The notes beneath the pieces were generated by a model. That model was not told where the DNA came from. It searched no databases and saw nothing but the letters and a program-made list of their open reading frames with translations. This document shows positions 31,596 through 33,727 of a stretch of DNA of 33,727 bases, one piece after another (position 1 is the stretch's first letter; the number at the start of each line of letters is the position of its first letter). Origin of the DNA: Paludibacteraceae bacterium (GTDB taxonomy: Bacteria; Bacillota_I; Bacilli_A; RF39; UBA660); assembly GCA_963601985.1 (NCBI GenBank), contig CAVCHK010000049.1, forward strand, positions 1 to 33,727, read 5' to 3'. The position numbers were made by a program, and so were the translations under genes.

Positions 31596-32693
31596 ATGAG
31601 TTTAACTGCTGGAATTGTTGGTCTTCCTAATGTTGGAAAAAGTACTTTATTTAATGCTATTACTAAAAAGAATATTTTAGCCGCTAATTATCCGTTTGCT
31701 ACTATTGATCCTAATGTTGGTGTTGTTACTGTACCTGATAGTAGGCTTGTAAAATTAGAAGAAATGTATATTCCTGATAGGACTATTCCTACTATTTATG
31801 AGTTTACGGATATTGCAGGACTTGTAAAGGGTGCAAGTAATGGGGAAGGACTGGGTAATAAGTTTTTATCTCATATTAGGGAAGTTGATGCTATTGTTGA
31901 GGTTGTTAGGTGTTTTGATGATAATAATATTATTCATGTTGATGGTAGTGTAGATCCTATACGTGATATTGAGATTATTAATGTAGAACTTATTTTATCT
32001 GATTTGGAGATTATTACATCTAGAATTAATAAAATTGGTAAAAAGGCTATGACTACTAAAAATAATGATGATCTTAAGGAAATAGAGGTTTTAAATAAAA
32101 TTAAAGATGGATTAGAAAGAAATATTCCTGCTAGAAAGATTGGACTTGATGAAGAAGAGAAAAAGATAGTTAGTTCATTTAATTTGATTACTTTAAAGCC
32201 TATTATATATGCTCTTAATGTAAATGATGAGGATATTTTAAGTGGGAATGAGTATACTAAAAATGTAGAGTTATATGCTAAAAATGAAGGTTCTTTGACT
32301 GTTACTTTATGTGCTAAGTTGGAAAGTGAGTTATCGGAACTTAATGATGATGATAAGAGAGAATTTTTGAATGATATTGGTATTTCTAAGAGTGGTCTTG
32401 ATATGCTTATTCAGAATACTTATGAAATACTAGGTTTTGCTACATTTTTTACTGTTGGTGCTGATGAGGTTAGAGCTTGGACTTTTAAAAGGGGTATGAA
32501 AGCTCCTGAGTGTGCTGGCATTATTCATACTGATTTTCAAAAAGGTTTTATTAAGGCTGAGGTTATGTCTTATGATGATTTGATTTCTTTGGGTAGTGAA
32601 GCTAAAGTAAAAGAGAGTGGTAAACTTAGAATAGAGGGTAAAGAGTATGTTATGCAAGATGGAGATATTTGTCATTTTAGGTTTAATTTATAG
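31596..32693 (+). CDS. ychF: redox-regulated ribosome-binding ATPase YchF
   Basis: MSLTAGIVGLPNVGKSTLFNA (G1), DIAGLVKGAS (G3), C-terminal TGS-type ...FFTVGADEVRAWT...GMKAPECAGIIHTDF..GFI.AEV. Confidence 0.95.
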   Translation: MSLTAGIVGLPNVGKSTLFNAITKKNILAANYPFATIDPNVGVVTVPDSRLVKLEEMYIPDRTIPTIYEFTDIAGLVKGASNGEGLGNKFLSHIREVDAIVEVVRCFDDNNIIHVDGSVDPIRDIEIINVELILSDLEIITSRINKIGKKAMTTKNNDDLKEIEVLNKIKDGLERNIPARKIGLDEEEKKIVSSFNLITLKPIIYALNVNDEDILSGNEYTKNVELYAKNEGSLTVTLCAKLESELSELNDDDKREFLNDIGISKSGLDMLIQNTYEILGFATFFTVGADEVRAWTFKRGMKAPECAGIIHTDFQKGFIKAEVMSYDDLISLGSEAKVKESGKLRIEGKEYVMQDGDICHFRFNL

Positions 32694-32701
32694 GAGGATT
32701 A

Positions 32702-33727
32702 ATGAGAGATAGAAAAGGTATTGATAAGAAGTATACATGGGATTTGGATAAAATTTATAGTAGTAGTGACTTATTTGATAGTGATTATAATAAAGCTAAA
32801 GATTTTATTTCTAAGCTTTCTTTATATGAGGATAATATGATGGATAGTAGTAGTAATTTTTATAATACTTTGAAATTATCTTTTGATATTGAAAGAATTA
32901 TTAATAAGTTATATGTTTATGCTAATTTATCTTTTGATTTGGATACTTCTTGTAATAAAAAACAAGAGGTATGTGATAGGGTTAGTAATCTTTTGAATTT
33001 ATATTCTAAGTGTAGTTATTTTATTATTCCTAGTATTCTTAAGTGTGATTATGATACTATTATGAAATATTATGAAGAAGAACCTAGACTTTATGAATAT
33101 GACAGTTGTATTAAAGATATATATAGATATAAGGAGCATACTCTTTCTGATTTAGAAGAGAAGCTTTTATCTAGTTTTGGAAAGGCACTTGGTAATTCTT
33201 ATGATACTTATGAATTATTTAAGGATTGTGATATGTCATTTGATGATATCTTAGATGAAAATGGAAATATGGTTTCTCTTGATAATAGTAGTTATTCTTT
33301 GTATATAGATAGTCATGATAGAAATGTTAGGGAGAGAGCCTTTAAGAGTTTATATCGTGAATATAAGAAGTATTCTAATACTTTTGCTTCACTTATTTCT
33401 AGTAATATGAAAGAATTATCTACTATTGCTAGTGTTAAGAAATATGACAGTGCTCTTTGTATGAGTTTATTTGCAGATGATGTTGACGTTAAGGTTTATA
33501 ATAATTTGATAGATAGTGTTCATAAGAATATTGGATATTTATATGATTATTATGCACTTAAGAAGAGTATACTTGGGTATGATAAACTTCATTTATATGA
33601 TGTTTATACTCCTATTACTTCTAATTATGATAGGAAATTTGATTATGAAGAGGCTAAAAATATTATTCTTAGAGTTCTTGATGTATTCGGAGAAGAATAT
33701 GTAAATAAGGTAAGAGAATATTTAGAT
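32702..33727 (+). CDS. pepF: oligoendopeptidase F (M3B), N-terminal part; 3' end lies outside the window
   Basis: ATG at 32702 lies after TAGGAGGA. I read 342 codons with no stop to the window end; the ORF is absent from the track because it has no stop. MRDRKGIDKKYTWDLDKIYSS...YVYANLSFDLDTS... resembles PepF N-termini. The HEXXH motif would lie beyond the window. Confidence 0.75.
   Translation, partial: MRDRKGIDKKYTWDLDKIYSSSDLFDSDYNKAKDFISKLSLYEDNMMDSSSNFYNTLKLSFDIERIINKLYVYANLSFDLDTSCNKKQEVCDRVSNLLNLYSKCSYFIIPSILKCDYDTIMKYYEEEPRLYEYDSCIKDIYRYKEHTLSDLEEKLLSSFGKALGNSYDTYELFKDCDMSFDDILDENGNMVSLDNSSYSLYIDSHDRNVRERAFKSLYREYKKYSNTFASLISSNMKELSTIASVKKYDSALCMSLFADDVDVKVYNNLIDSVHKNIGYLYDYYALKKSILGYDKLHLYDVYTPITSNYDRKFDYEEAKNIILRVLDVFGEEYVNKVREYLD

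Noticed and set aside
33516-33704. A 62-aa ORF near the window end.
   Set aside because: It is nested out of frame inside the open pepF reading frame and encodes a low-complexity Ile/Leu/Met-rich sequence.
1-33727. Scan for tRNA/rRNA genes, CRISPR repeats, IS elements or long (>20 nt) exact repeats.
   Set aside because: No GC-rich structured islands other than the T-box core were seen. No regularly spaced repeats and no transposase- or integrase-like ORFs were found. The scan was done by eye only, so short or degenerate elements could have been missed.

Overview
This is a low-GC chromosomal segment from an endospore-forming Bacillota (Firmicute). G+C looks like roughly a quarter to a third by eye; I did not compute it. 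Standard genetic code: TGA terminates holB and the NPPY methyltransferase, and Trp is TGG. Thirty-three of the 37 CDS are on the + strand. They form a compacted mosaic of blocks that are origin-proximal in Bacillus subtilis: dnaX-ybaB-recR-(bofA-like), holB-ricT-methyltransferase-rsmI, pth-mfd-spoVT, (T-box)-dut-metG-tatD-3D protein, spoIID-spoIIQ-like-spoIIID-mreB/mbl, rpiB, dusB-RDD-lysS, a YfcC-type transporter, clpC, DUF951-abgT-ychF-pepF. I saw no rRNA, tRNA, CRISPR array, transposase or integrase. Five things are not routine. (1) A ~1.4 kb insert at 9705-11076 has discordant composition. It carries a ribbon-helix-helix gene and a divergent coiled-coil ORF with three SHOCT-like repeats, whose only canonical start codons lie inside the RHH gene. 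(2) A Met-type T-box leader controls a dUTPase gene that is translationally coupled to metG. (3) A three-gene operon on the - strand (26019-29675) encodes membrane-anchored extracytoplasmic proteins: a two-domain unknown protein, a phosphodiester glycosidase and an orphan CapA-like metallophosphoesterase. All three have the same polybasic N-terminal anchor. (4) A SpoIIQ-like degenerate LytM protein is preceded by a textbook sigma-F type promoter. (5) The + strand is GT-enriched whichever strand is coding, so codon usage is strand-specific. All calls rest on reading the sequence and recalling family motifs; no searches were run.
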